From Thermoproteota archaeon (GTDB taxonomy: Archaea; Korarchaeota; Korarchaeia; Korarchaeales; Korarchaeaceae), in assembly GCA_027491915.1 (NCBI GenBank), contig JAOZGC010000002.1:96001-160000 (forward strand): a DNA stretch of 64,000 nt. The letters are read 5' to 3'. The notes under the pieces were generated by a model that saw only the letters and a list, made by a program, of their open reading frames with translations, searched no databases and was not told the DNA's origin. Positions 27,836-37,605 of the stretch are shown here, piece by piece. Position 1 is the first letter of the stretch, and each line of letters starts with the position of its first letter. Both the position numbers and the translations under genes were made by a program.

Positions 27836-27926
27836 GGGCCGGTGGTCTAGGGGTATGACGCCGCCCTTACACGTCGATTGGCGGAGGAAGAGGCGGAGGT
27901 CGGGGGTTCGAGTCCCCCCCGGCCCA
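27836..27926 (+). tRNA. tRNA-Val(TAC) with 19-nt intron (probably 36/37, 27871-27889)
   Basis: GGGCCGG/CCGGCCC-A; CCGCC..GGCGG anticodon stem interrupted by an insert. Confidence 0.88.
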
Positions 27927-27957
27927 CTTTCCACATCTTGGGGGCCGCGGTGATTCC

Positions 27958-29544
27958 ATGGCTAGGAGGATCGGGATCCTGGAGGAGGGAGGATTCTACG
28001 ACAGGGATCCGAGGAACTATGATCTCAGGGTTGCGGTGGTTTTTCCAGGGCCCTACAAAGAATCAATCAACTCCCTTGGCCATCAGCTGATCTACTTCCT
28101 GGCGAACTCGGTTGAGGGGGTCATGGCAGAGAGGTTCACGTCGGACATACCCGGTTCCGTAGAATCCGGCTCAAAACTGCGTGATTTTGACGTTGTGTTG
28201 GCCTCCGTTCACTACGAAGGGCAGATCCACGTTCTGCTGCGGATGCTCGCGAGGGAAGGGATATTGAGTCCCGGTTCCGGCGATCGCCCAATCGTGATGG
28301 CCGGGGGCCCTGCTCTTAGTAATCCCCTACCTGCCTCCGTCTTTCTAGACGGAGTTTTCCTAGGAGATGGGGAGAGATCCGTCCCTGCCGCCATCAGGAC
28401 GCTGGCCCAGGGGGGGAGCCCTTCAGATCTATCCGGTTACGGGGTCTACACCGGGGAGGGGAGGGTGAGGTTCGAGAGATCACCCATGGACTTCCTCCCA
28501 CCGAGGCAGCTTAGGGCGATCCTCCCCGACGGCAGACGGAACCCATTCCTCTTGGAGGTATCCAGGGGGTGCTCTAACGGGTGCAGGTTCTGCCTCATGG
28601 GATGGATCCAGCGTCCCAGGAGGGACAGGAGCTGGTCCGAACTCAGATCTCAGGTTGACCTGGCCAGGGAATTGGGATACGAGAGGATATACCTCATAGG
28701 GAGCGACGTCCTAGGGAACCCGAGATCTCTCGACCTGATGAGTTACATCTTGGACAGGGGACTGAGCTTCTCCTTGCCGTCCATCAGGGCCGACAGGATC
28801 TCCCAGGATCTGCTGGAGATCATCAGGATGGCCAGAATAAAGAGCGTCTCGCTCGCCCCGGAGACCGGGAGCCTCAACCTGGCCAAGTCAATAAACAAAC
28901 CGGTGGATCCGGATATCTACATCTCGACCGCCAGTGACCTCAGAAACGCCGGGGTCAGGAGGATTAAAGCCTATTTCATTCTGGGCCTACCCTTTGAATC
29001 TGAGGAGGACGTCTTGGAATCCGCCCGCCTCGCGTCCAAGATGTCCTCCCCCGGAAATCCCATCAAGGTAACGATAAGCCACTTCGTCCCCAAACCTCAC
29101 ACGCCGTTCGAGCGCCTCCCCATGATCCCTCCGGGCAATTACAGGGAGAGGGTGAGGCTGTTCAGGAGCCACTACGACGGCCCCATAAACGTCATGCATC
29201 CGGGGAGAGCGGCCGTTCAGGCCGCCCTTTGTCTTGGAGACGAGTCCATCGGCAAGATCGCCGTCTCGGCCGCCAGCAGACCTTTCTCCAAATATTCTTA
29301 CTGGAAGATCGCCAGGAGAGAGGGGATAGATCTCGACCGGCTGGTCTACGGGGAGAGGCCTGCTCCCTGGCGCGACGCCGTCGACGTGGGGGTGAGGGCC
29401 GAATTCTTGGAGGAAGAGGCAGATAGGGCCGTTATTGGGGAGATTACTCCATCCTGCGACGAATACTGCTCCCTGTGCGGCGCGTGTCCCCTGGGGTTCC
29501 CCGAGCGAGACGGGGCCACCCGTACATCGAGGCCAGGGCCATGA
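27958..29544 (+). CDS. radical SAM protein (YgiQ/COG1032-like) with C-terminal Cys cluster
   Basis: EVSRGCSNGCRFC, SLPSIRAD, LAPETGS, YFILGLP, FVPKPHTPF, CDEYCSLCGAC. Confidence 0.87.
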   Translation: MARRIGILEEGGFYDRDPRNYDLRVAVVFPGPYKESINSLGHQLIYFLANSVEGVMAERFTSDIPGSVESGSKLRDFDVVLASVHYEGQIHVLLRMLAREGILSPGSGDRPIVMAGGPALSNPLPASVFLDGVFLGDGERSVPAAIRTLAQGGSPSDLSGYGVYTGEGRVRFERSPMDFLPPRQLRAILPDGRRNPFLLEVSRGCSNGCRFCLMGWIQRPRRDRSWSELRSQVDLARELGYERIYLIGSDVLGNPRSLDLMSYILDRGLSFSLPSIRADRISQDLLEIIRMARIKSVSLAPETGSLNLAKSINKPVDPDIYISTASDLRNAGVRRIKAYFILGLPFESEEDVLESARLASKMSSPGNPIKVTISHFVPKPHTPFERLPMIPPGNYRERVRLFRSHYDGPINVMHPGRAAVQAALCLGDESIGKIAVSAASRPFSKYSYWKIARREGIDLDRLVYGERPAPWRDAVDVGVRAEFLEEEADRAVIGEITPSCDEYCSLCGACPLGFPERDGATRTSRPGP

Positions 29545-30025
29545 GGACCCCGTGCTCGTACAGGCCCGTCCTGTCCACCGCTCCCCCGGTGAGGAACCCT
29601 ATGGCGCCCTTACCCCTCTTGGCCTCAGGTTCTCCGGTGAGCTGGGCGATAACGTCCCCCAACTCTTCCCCACGGATCAGCCTCTCGAGGATCTCGGGCG
29701 GGCACTCAAACAGCCCCGAGAAACCCCTCCCGACGGTGCCGTCCCTAGCCACCACGTAGACCAGCCCGCCGAGGTAGTGGACGCCCGCTACCCTCACGAC
29801 TCCGCCCTCTATGCCCACCCCGAAATCAGCTCTGGCAACGATCTCCATCGCCCTCTCCGCCCTGTTCTTTGCCCCCCTCAATACCTCCGAGTAGAAGGGC
29901 TCCGGCGAGGTCCCGCTGCTGACTTTAACCGCCTTTACCTCGGGGATTTCTCCGAAGAAGGCTCCAAAGGCCCTCTTCACCGCGTTGACCTTAACCGGAT
30001 TGTCCGACCCGACGGCCGCCAGCAT
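29444..30025 (-). CDS. yjjX: non-canonical purine NTP phosphatase (YjjX family ITPase/XTPase); start revised to ATG 30025
   Basis: AVGSDNPVKVNAV, GAKNRA, GVGIEGG, GEELGDV, GAIGFLT. Confidence 0.88.
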   Translation of the reverse strand: MLAAVGSDNPVKVNAVKRAFGAFFGEIPEVKAVKVSSGTSPEPFYSEVLRGAKNRAERAMEIVARADFGVGIEGGVVRVAGVHYLGGLVYVVARDGTVGRGFSGLFECPPEILERLIRGEELGDVIAQLTGEPEAKRGKGAIGFLTGGAVDRTGLYEHGVLMALASMYGWPRLARGTPGDTRRTGSSIRRRME

Positions 30026-30088
30026 CTCCTTCCGGTTCTCCGGGGCAAATATTAATTGAGATCGGGGACCACCTGATTGGTGGGCGTC

Positions 30089-30367
30089 ATGCCAACTTAC
30101 GTGTTCCTCGTCTTTTACAAACTGGACTACCTCTCTCCAGAGGACGAGGAGAAGGCCAGGAGACAGTGGGAGGACATAATGGAAGAGTGGCCGGCCGAGG
30201 TAAGGTTCGTGGGAGTCTTCGACCACGCCTGGGGGACAGAGTACAACGGTTTTATAATGATGGAGGGTGAGAGCATGGATGCTTATGTCAAATTCTGGAA
30301 ATGGTTCAGAGACAAGATCCGATGGTACGTTAAAGAGACAAAAACGGTCATAGCCGTGAAGAGGTGA
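30089..30367 (+). CDS. small hypothetical protein, possible dimeric alpha/beta-barrel (GYD-like)
   Basis: MPTYVFL...VRFVGVFDHAWGTEYNGFIMMEGES...ETKTVIA; ferredoxin-like strand/helix pattern. Confidence 0.6.
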   Translation: MPTYVFLVFYKLDYLSPEDEEKARRQWEDIMEEWPAEVRFVGVFDHAWGTEYNGFIMMEGESMDAYVKFWKWFRDKIRWYVKETKTVIAVKR

Positions 30368-31097
30368 GCCTGCGTAGCATAGACGAGCGGAGCAGGAGTC
30401 CGGTCCCCCAGCCCCTGGCCTCCTCCTCCCACCTCCTCAGGAATCTGGATATCTGCCTCGGATAGACCTCGAATTCAGCGTCGCACTTGGTCTCCGCCAG
30501 GAGCAGGCCCTCGCCGGGCGCGGTGGAGACGGTCGGTCTCCCCATCCTCACGTAATTCTCCGCCGCGCCCACGATCCTCCTGACCGCCTCCCAGCAGAAC
30601 CTCTCCCCGGATATTCTTATCAAGATCCCCCAATCCACCTCTTCCACCCCGACGTCGTCGACCTCGAGCCGCCCCCCTCCCCTGCACAGCCTGCTAGGTC
30701 CCAGGGACAGGGCGGCCTCCAATCCCTCTCTGAAGACCTCCGGATCCAAAGGCCCCGGGATGAAGTAGACGTAGGTCTTGAGGCGACAGACGTCCCTCAA
30801 CCTGACTCCCTCAGGCGCCTTCCCCATGGCCCATGCGGAGACGTCCCCTGGCAACAGGTAGTTCAGCCTCCCGATGCGGCACGGAGAGCCGGGACTTCCA
30901 ACGACCGACACCACGTTATCCAGCGCCGATACTCCCCTGTCCGTCCTGGAAGAGACCTCCAGCCTCGGCTGAGTTTCGGCGCATTCAGATCTCCTTAGGG
31001 CCTCCTCCAACTCCCCCTGAACCGTCCTCAACCCCGGCTGCCTCGCGAATCCGTGGAACCCCGGGCCCAGGTAGGCCACCCTCAGCAGGAGCCTCAA
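30348..31097 (-). CDS. truA: tRNA pseudouridine(38-40) synthase; start revised to TTG 31097
   Basis: VAYLGPGFHGFARQPGLRTVQGEL, SSRTDRGVSA, FCWEAVRRIVG, APGEGL. Confidence 0.9.
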   Translation of the reverse strand: MRLLLRVAYLGPGFHGFARQPGLRTVQGELEEALRRSECAETQPRLEVSSRTDRGVSALDNVVSVVGSPGSPCRIGRLNYLLPGDVSAWAMGKAPEGVRLRDVCRLKTYVYFIPGPLDPEVFREGLEAALSLGPSRLCRGGGRLEVDDVGVEEVDWGILIRISGERFCWEAVRRIVGAAENYVRMGRPTVSTAPGEGLLLAETKCDAEFEVYPRQISRFLRRWEEEARGWGTGLLLRSSMLRRLTSSRL

Positions 31098-31115
31098 CGG
31101 CGGCGGCTCCCCCCG

Positions 31116-31126
31116 TTTTATTATAT
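31116..31126. promoter_or_regulatory. shared AT-rich TATA element between the divergent truA and phi genes
   Basis: TTTTATTATAT lies about 19 nt from both revised start codons. Confidence 0.5.
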
Positions 31127-31144
31127 GGTCGACCGATCTCTTGG

Positions 31145-31747
31145 GTGCCCCCAACGGGTGTCGCCGAGAAAGCCCTGAGGCTCACGGAAATGATTCGGGA
31201 GAACCTGTCGAAGGTGGATGAGGGGGAACTGGATGGCCTAATAAGGGCCCTCCTGAGGACCATAGGCTCAGGGAAGATCTTCGTCGTCGGCGCTGGAAGG
31301 TCCGGTCTGGTCGGCAGGGCATTCGCAATGAGGTTGATGCACGTTGGATTCAGCGTCTACGTTGTTGGAGAGACCGTCACCCCTGCCCTCAAACCGGGAG
31401 ACGTTCTAATTGCGATAAGTGGGTCGGGAGAAACTAGATACCCCATAACCATAGCCCAAGAGGCCAAGAAGATAGGGGCCCTGGTGGTGGCCGTGACCAG
31501 CTTTCCGAATTCCACCTTGGGCAGCCTCGCCGACGCCGTGGTGACCATAGGGGGGAGAGTCGTCCCGAGGGGACAGAAAGACTACGAGGCCAGACAGATA
31601 ATGGGGATACACGAACCCCTGACCCCGCTGGGGACTCTGTTCGAGTTGAGCGCCATGGTCCTGCTGGACGCCGTTATAGCGGAGATGGTCCACCTGTTGG
31701 GTAAGAGCGAGGAGGACCTGGCGAACCGACATGCCACAGTCGAGTGA
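31145..31747 (+). CDS. hxlB: 6-phospho-3-hexuloisomerase (SIS domain); start revised to about 31145
   Basis: IFVVGAGRSGLVGRAFAMRLMHVG, VGETVTP, AISGSGET, PLGTLFE, RHATVE. Confidence 0.93.
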   Translation: MPPTGVAEKALRLTEMIRENLSKVDEGELDGLIRALLRTIGSGKIFVVGAGRSGLVGRAFAMRLMHVGFSVYVVGETVTPALKPGDVLIAISGSGETRYPITIAQEAKKIGALVVAVTSFPNSTLGSLADAVVTIGGRVVPRGQKDYEARQIMGIHEPLTPLGTLFELSAMVLLDAVIAEMVHLLGKSEEDLANRHATVE

Positions 31748-33125
31748 GGAGAAGCTGAGTGAGATCCTGGATTTGGCGGCCGCCCGGGTGACCCCCTCCA
31801 GGGAGGAGAGGGAGAGGGTCAGGGAGGTCGTTTCGCGGGCCGCGTCCAAGATGAGGGAGGCCCTCTCCAAGCTGGGCGTCAGGGCTCACGTGACGTTGGT
31901 CGGATCGATCGCGAGGGATACTTGGATATCAGGGGAGGCCGACGTTGACCTGTTCGTCCTCTTCAATAGGGATTTCCCGCCGGAGAGGCTCGGTCCCACT
32001 GTTCTAGAGGCGGCAGGCGCGGCCTTCGGTTCTTACGAACTTCGGTACTCGAGTCACCCCTACGCCAGGGTAACCTTAAACGGGTACCACGTGGACATAG
32101 TCCCGGCCTACGAGATAAGGGACGCCAGCGAGCTGGTAACCGCGGTGGACAGGAGCACCCTCCACAACTCATACCTAATTGAGAGGATGACCGAAGAGCA
32201 CAGAAAACAGGCCAGACTGCTCCGGGCCTTCATGAAGGCCATCGGAGCCTACGGGGCCGAGGTCAAGGTGGGGGGATTCAGCGGATATCTATGCGATCTG
32301 CTCATACTGGCTTACGGATCCTTCTTGAACCTCCTCCGTCGATCCATCGAGTGGAGGGAACCTCAGCTGGTGACTGTGGGAGGAGTCCTCCCAACGATGG
32401 ACATAGACTCCTACGGCAGGCCCCCCCTATTGGTTCCCGACCCGGTTGACCCCAGGAGGAACGCCGCCGCGGCGGTGAGCAGGACCCAGTTTCACCGCTT
32501 CAGGGCCGCCGCCAAATCTTTCCTGAGGTCTCCCTCGGTGAGCTTCTTCTCCGGGTGGGGAGGGAGACCCCACGTCCCTACCGCGTCCGAGGTGGTTGGG
32601 CGCAGGCTGGACCACATCCTCTTGGTGAAGTTCAGATCTCCTGCCCCTCCAGACACGGTCTGGACCCAGGTGAGGGCGGCGGAGAGGTACTTGGTCTCCG
32701 GTCTCGAGAGGGAGGAGTTCAGGGTACTCGGCTCCGACTCGTGGACGGACGAGCGGGGCGTCGCCGCCGTGCTGGTGGAGCCCTACTCCTTGAATCTCCC
32801 TCCGGTCGTCAGGAGGGTGGGGCCGCCGGTGTGCACCGACTGGGAGGAGGGATTCCTGGCCCGCCACCTGAAATCGGATCGATTGATCGCCGGACCCACC
32901 GTGGAGGGTGACAGGTGGGTGGTCCTGCTGAGAAGGAGGTGGACGGCGGCTGCCGATCTCCTCGCTCACCTGTGTGACTCTGCTGGCATGCCCAAACTTC
33001 TGAGGGGAGGATCTCCCGAGGTGATCCCAGGGAGGGAGGCCATCTCCGACCGGGATGTGGCCGACTTCGTAGAATCCTATCTCTTCGCTGGCGAACCCTT
33101 TGCCGCTGGTCTAGTCGATCCCTAG
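31731..33125 (+). CDS. cca: CCA-adding tRNA nucleotidyltransferase (class I)
   Basis: VGSIARDTWISGEADVDLF, HPY, VDIVP, AVDRS, YGAE..VGGFSGY, DPVDPRRN. Confidence 0.94.
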   Translation: MPQSSEEKLSEILDLAAARVTPSREERERVREVVSRAASKMREALSKLGVRAHVTLVGSIARDTWISGEADVDLFVLFNRDFPPERLGPTVLEAAGAAFGSYELRYSSHPYARVTLNGYHVDIVPAYEIRDASELVTAVDRSTLHNSYLIERMTEEHRKQARLLRAFMKAIGAYGAEVKVGGFSGYLCDLLILAYGSFLNLLRRSIEWREPQLVTVGGVLPTMDIDSYGRPPLLVPDPVDPRRNAAAAVSRTQFHRFRAAAKSFLRSPSVSFFSGWGGRPHVPTASEVVGRRLDHILLVKFRSPAPPDTVWTQVRAAERYLVSGLEREEFRVLGSDSWTDERGVAAVLVEPYSLNLPPVVRRVGPPVCTDWEEGFLARHLKSDRLIAGPTVEGDRWVVLLRRRWTAAADLLAHLCDSAGMPKLLRGGSPEVIPGREAISDRDVADFVESYLFAGEPFAAGLVDP

Positions 33126-34415
33126 AGCCGATTCCCCGGCGAAGACCGCCTCTGAGCCGAGTTCCTCCTCTATCTCCAGCAGCCTGTTGTACTTGGAGAC
33201 CCTCTCGCCGCGCGCCGGGGCCCCCGCCTTTATTTGTCCACATCTTAGGCCCACCGCCAAGTCGGCTATTGCTGGATCCGTCGTCTCGCCCGACCGGTGG
33301 CTCACCATCACCGAATAGCCTGCTCTGAGGGCAACTTCGGCGCAGTGAAGGGACTCGCTCAGGGTTCCTATCTGATTTATCTTCAGGAGAAGGGCGTTTC
33401 CCGCCCTCATCTTTATCCCTTTCTTCAACCTCTCCACGTTCGTTGTGAAGAAGTCGTCCCCCACAAGCTGGACTCTTCCCCCTATTTTTTTCGTTAAGGA
33501 GGAAAACGACTCGAAATCCTCCTCGTGAAACGGGTCCTCTATGCTCACTATCGGATACCTCTCCACCAGATCAAGGTAGAAATCTTCCATCTCTCCAGGG
33601 GACATGGACCTCCCGTCCACGAGGTACTTACCGTCCTCCTCGTCGAAAAACCCGCTGGCCGCGGCGTCGAGCGCCAGCTTAACCTTCCCTGAGAATCCAA
33701 CCTCCTCTATCGCCCCGACCAAGATCTCCAGCGCCTCCTCTGATCTACCGATGGGTGGGGCGAACCCCCCCTCATCTCCGAGGTTCTTGGCCGATCTGCC
33801 GTACTTTCCAATCAACAGGGACTTGAGCTCCCTGTAAACCTCCACCCCGGCGAACAGCGCCTCTCTGAACGTGTTGAACCTGAGCGGAACTATCATGAAC
33901 TCTTGTATGGCCAACTCGTTGCCGGCGTGGACACCTCCGTTTATTACGTTCATGAAGGGAACGGGAATCTCCCGCGCTCCCACTCCCCCCAGGTACCTGT
34001 AGAGGGGCTCCCCCAGGCCTGCGGCGGCCGCCCTGGCGGTCGCCATGGAAACCGACAGGATCGCGTTTCCCCCGAACCTTGACTTGTTCTTGGTCCCGTC
34101 CGCCCTCACCATCGCCTCGTCAATTTCCCACTGCCTCCTGACGTCTCTCCCCCTCACGACCTCGGCCAGGGGACCCTCAACATTCGCCACCGCGGTCAGG
34201 ACCCCCCTCCCTCCCAACCTCTTTCCGCCGTCTCTCAGCTCGAAGGCCTCGGATCTGCCTCGAGACGCGCCCGCCGGAACCGAGAAGGAGCCAGAGAAAC
34301 CCCCCTCCGTTGAGATCCTGGTCATTATGGTAGGCTCTCCCCTAGAGTCGAGGATCTCCATCGCCCTGACCTCTGATATCGAGAAGGCCGCCAACCCAGA
34401 CCCCACGTCGGGCAT
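33111..34415 (-). CDS. eno: enolase; start revised to ATG 34415
   Basis: EILDSRG, ELRDGG, NVINGGVHA, GDEGGFAP, VGDD, LLKINQIGT, SHRSGET, KAGAPARGER. Confidence 0.96.
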   Translation of the reverse strand: MPDVGSGLAAFSISEVRAMEILDSRGEPTIMTRISTEGGFSGSFSVPAGASRGRSEAFELRDGGKRLGGRGVLTAVANVEGPLAEVVRGRDVRRQWEIDEAMVRADGTKNKSRFGGNAILSVSMATARAAAAGLGEPLYRYLGGVGAREIPVPFMNVINGGVHAGNELAIQEFMIVPLRFNTFREALFAGVEVYRELKSLLIGKYGRSAKNLGDEGGFAPPIGRSEEALEILVGAIEEVGFSGKVKLALDAAASGFFDEEDGKYLVDGRSMSPGEMEDFYLDLVERYPIVSIEDPFHEEDFESFSSLTKKIGGRVQLVGDDFFTTNVERLKKGIKMRAGNALLLKINQIGTLSESLHCAEVALRAGYSVMVSHRSGETTDPAIADLAVGLRCGQIKAGAPARGERVSKYNRLLEIEEELGSEAVFAGESALGID

Positions 34416-34496
34416 CTCCCGGCGCCGAAATATAATAATCGGCGGGACCAGCGCCGTTTTAATCGTCCCGTCGCGACCTTCCACCGGCGTTTTCGG

Positions 34497-35546
34497 ATGG
34501 ATAGGGAGTGGGAAGAAGAGGTCATCTCTATAATAGAATCTCTGGTGTCTATCCCGACGGTCACGGGACACGAGCACACCGCCGTCGAGAAGATCGGGGA
34601 CATGCTCTCGGATGTCGTCGACGAGGTATCCTCCGACAGGTGGGGCAACCTGGTGGCGACCGTGAATCCCGGATCGGACAGATCCCTGATGCTCGCGGCC
34701 CACTTGGATCAGATAGGGTTCATCGTGACGTCGGTGGACGAGGACGGATTCATCAGATTCGCCCCCGTGGGGGGGTGGGATCCACGCGTCGCCTATGGCT
34801 CCAGGGTCCTCCTGCTGGCGGAGGGCGGTCTAGTTCCTGGGGTCATAGGATCCGTCCCTCCCCACCTCAGGGAGAGGACGAAGGGTGAGGAGAAGCTGGA
34901 TTTCAAGGATCTAGCGATGGACGTTGGAGCCTCCTCCAGGGAAGAGGTGGAATCCATTGGAATAGGGGTTGGAACCTACGCCGTCCCGGATCTCAGCATC
35001 TGGAAGACCGCGGTTGGCACCAGAATATGCGGGCCGGGGATGGACGATAAATCGGGCCTGGCCTCCATCTTGGTTGCAGCCAAGATGCTGGCCCGAGGAC
35101 CAGGGACCGACGCCGCCGTGCACTTTGTCTCCACCGTGCAGGAGGAGATAGGCCTGAGGGGGGCGGCGATGGCGGCCTTCAACCTATCTCCCGACGTCGC
35201 GATCGCGGTCGACGTGACCCACGCCAGGGCCCCGGGGATCCCCCGGGACAGGGTTAGGGTGGAGCTCGGCAAGGGGCCCGTGATATCTCTTGGTCCCATA
35301 TACCACAGAGAGGTGGTAGACCTCCTTTTGAGGGCCGCCGACAAGGTCGGGGCCCCTTATCAGAAGGAGGCGGATCCCAGGGGAAGGGGCACGGATACGT
35401 GGGCGATTCAGACGGCCAGGGGAGGGATTAAGACGGGTCTACTCTCCATACCTAATAGATACATGCACAGTCCCGTAGAGATGGTGGATGTGACCGACGT
35501 CTACAACGCTGGCAGGATCCTGGCTGCCGCCGCCACCCTGATCTAA
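34497..35546 (+). CDS. M42-family (TET) aminopeptidase
   Basis: AAHLDQIG, GGWD, DDKSG, QEEIGLRGA, AVDVT, GTD, RYMHS. Confidence 0.92.
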   Translation: MDREWEEEVISIIESLVSIPTVTGHEHTAVEKIGDMLSDVVDEVSSDRWGNLVATVNPGSDRSLMLAAHLDQIGFIVTSVDEDGFIRFAPVGGWDPRVAYGSRVLLLAEGGLVPGVIGSVPPHLRERTKGEEKLDFKDLAMDVGASSREEVESIGIGVGTYAVPDLSIWKTAVGTRICGPGMDDKSGLASILVAAKMLARGPGTDAAVHFVSTVQEEIGLRGAAMAAFNLSPDVAIAVDVTHARAPGIPRDRVRVELGKGPVISLGPIYHREVVDLLLRAADKVGAPYQKEADPRGRGTDTWAIQTARGGIKTGLLSIPNRYMHSPVEMVDVTDVYNAGRILAAAATLI

Positions 35547-35549
35547 CGC

Positions 35550-35915
35550 CTAGCACGTCACATGAAATATCCCCAGGACGTCGACCCCGGCCGATTCCAT
35601 CTCGTTGAAGTCTCTTATGACCTCAGGCGTTGGCCCGACCACGACCCTCTCCACTCTGGATCTCAGCATCTCCAGGTCCTCGACGGGCAGCGCCCCATAC
35701 TGTCCGGTCCCGATCACCACTGCCTGCGGGGGGTTGTCCCCCAAATAACTCCTGACCTCGGCCCACGTCAGGGGAGTGTGCCCGTGCGTTCTCCTCAGGC
35801 GGGAAGAGATCTCCTTTTTCCTCTCCTCGATCGAATCTCCCCTGACGACCACGTCGTGATGGTATTTCCTACCTGACACCGAGATCCACCCGAATCCCGT
35901 CTCATCCACCTTCAA
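35550..35915 (-). CDS. Mth938-like (DUF498) protein
   Basis: GFGWI..Y.HDV, VIGTGQYG, PTPE, FHVTC. Confidence 0.85.
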   Translation of the reverse strand: MKVDETGFGWISVSGRKYHHDVVVRGDSIEERKKEISSRLRRTHGHTPLTWAEVRSYLGDNPPQAVVIGTGQYGALPVEDLEMLRSRVERVVVGPTPEVIRDFNEMESAGVDVLGIFHVTC

Positions 35916-37605
35916 CTCCCCTCGCCTCCCCCCTCTCTCGCTCGCCTCTCCTGCGGAGGAGGAACTCCAGACTCAACTCAAAGACGCCAACCGGGTTCTT
36001 GATCCTGTTGATCTCCAGCACCTCCGGAGACACCTCGGCTATGATCCCTATCTCGCGTCCCCCCGAGCGAATCGAGGCGCACCTTCCGCTCAGGGCCCAG
36101 GGCCTGTCCGTAGGCGTGAGCTCAGCCTCGATTCCGAGGCCGACGGTCAGCGAGAAAAGGTGGGACTGAACGTCCTCGAAACCGACCTCCGTGTCCTCGT
36201 AGGCTGCCGCCACCCTCCTCTCATCCCTGGCCCTGGTCTCCTCAGCAGGATCCGGTATGACCACGTCCCCCACCTCGAACACCTTGTGTGGGAGGGGCTC
36301 TGCCTGATTCTTCGACAGGAAGGCCACAATTCCTGGTATTAGCGTGTCCCTCAGGACGGAGTAAGATTCTGACACCGGATTGGCCACCTTGACTACCTCT
36401 CTGGGGGGAGATCTCATCCTGCGGAACAGTACGTCACCGCTGGTCATCACGTAATTGAGGATCTCCTGGTAGCCGAGGCCAATCATGAGTTCCCTGACTA
36501 TCCTGGAAATCCTCTCCCTGAGGTGTCTGGCGCCAAACGTGTCCACGTATCCCGGGAGTGCTGGCCTCAGCTTATCGTAGCCCACGGCCACCGTAAGCTC
36601 CTCCACCAGATCCACCGGATGCAGGAAGTCGTCTCTGTAAGCTGGTATCTGAACCGAGATCTCTTCCCCAACGGGCTCGGCCCCCAACCTCATCTTCCTG
36701 AGCAGGGAAGCTATCTCTTTGCCGGAGTAGTCAGTTCCGGCCACGAGGTTGAGGTAGTCTACTCCGACTCTCATGGGTGTGGGCCTCAGGTCTGGCGTCA
36801 CGACGGCCTCTCCGTCCGGTCGGATTACCCTAACGAGTCCGATCTTGCCGCCCCTCTCTGCCAGCGCGGTGACCAGCACCCTCAAGGTTTTCCTAACCGC
36901 CCTCTCATCCGGCCCCGTGACGTCTACGAACATGTCCCTGGTTTCCTCCGTCACCCTCGTCATATCGGAGTTTATTATCGGTGGGATCGACAGCACCTTC
37001 CCCCTCGAATCTCTGAGAACGGGGATCAGATCCCCGGGAACCAGGTGAGCGTACTTTCTTCCCTTCTCAGTTTCAGATAATATCTGGGACACTGTCATCT
37101 CATAATCTCCCCTCAGAGGGACGAATCGAACTTCTTCCTTCCTCTCGGCAGAGTATCTTATTGGAGGAACTATGGGGGAGGCGTCGTGTAGTCCGGCGGA
37201 CACCTTCCTCCTGTCTCTGCCTATCGTCGCGTGGATCTTCTCCTGGGCCTGCATCAACTCGGCGACTGCATCAGGGGAGAGATTCACTCCCTCAACGACG
37301 CCGCAGGCTATGTAAGGCCTAAGGGGAAGGACCTCTCTCTCCACCTTGACTTCGAAGCCCGAGTCGAACGTCTCATATTCCGGGATCCCCTCCTCCAGGC
37401 CCAGAATCCCCCTAACCGCCCGAGCCAGCCCCTCAATCGTCACAAGATCCAACCTATCAGCCGTTATTTCTAAGATTATATTTCCATTTTCCTCACCTTC
37501 AAAATTGACTTTCAGCCTCTCCAGCGAGGAGACGAGGTCGTCGAAACTCAGCGGGGCCCCTATCAGATTAAGGAGATCGGAAATTGACGCCTCAATCACC
37601 GGCAA
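35902..37605 (-). CDS. pheT: phenylalanine--tRNA ligase beta subunit
   Basis: DRLDL, QEKIHATIGRDR, SIPPIINS, DVTG, YRDDFLHPVD, NPVSE, FEVGDV. Confidence 0.95.
   Translation of the reverse strand: MPVIEASISDLLNLIGAPLSFDDLVSSLERLKVNFEGEENGNIILEITADRLDLVTIEGLARAVRGILGLEEGIPEYETFDSGFEVKVEREVLPLRPYIACGVVEGVNLSPDAVAELMQAQEKIHATIGRDRRKVSAGLHDASPIVPPIRYSAERKEEVRFVPLRGDYEMTVSQILSETEKGRKYAHLVPGDLIPVLRDSRGKVLSIPPIINSDMTRVTEETRDMFVDVTGPDERAVRKTLRVLVTALAERGGKIGLVRVIRPDGEAVVTPDLRPTPMRVGVDYLNLVAGTDYSGKEIASLLRKMRLGAEPVGEEISVQIPAYRDDFLHPVDLVEELTVAVGYDKLRPALPGYVDTFGARHLRERISRIVRELMIGLGYQEILNYVMTSGDVLFRRMRSPPREVVKVANPVSESYSVLRDTLIPGIVAFLSKNQAEPLPHKVFEVGDVVIPDPAEETRARDERRVAAAYEDTEVGFEDVQSHLFSLTVGLGIEAELTPTDRPWALSGRCASIRSGGREIGIIAEVSPEVLEINRIKNPVGVFELSLEFLLRRRGERERGEARGVEGG

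Noticed and set aside
22190-28090. ORFs 22190-22393, 27430-27666, 27470-27688 and 27878-28090
   Set aside because: They are translations of tRNA genes
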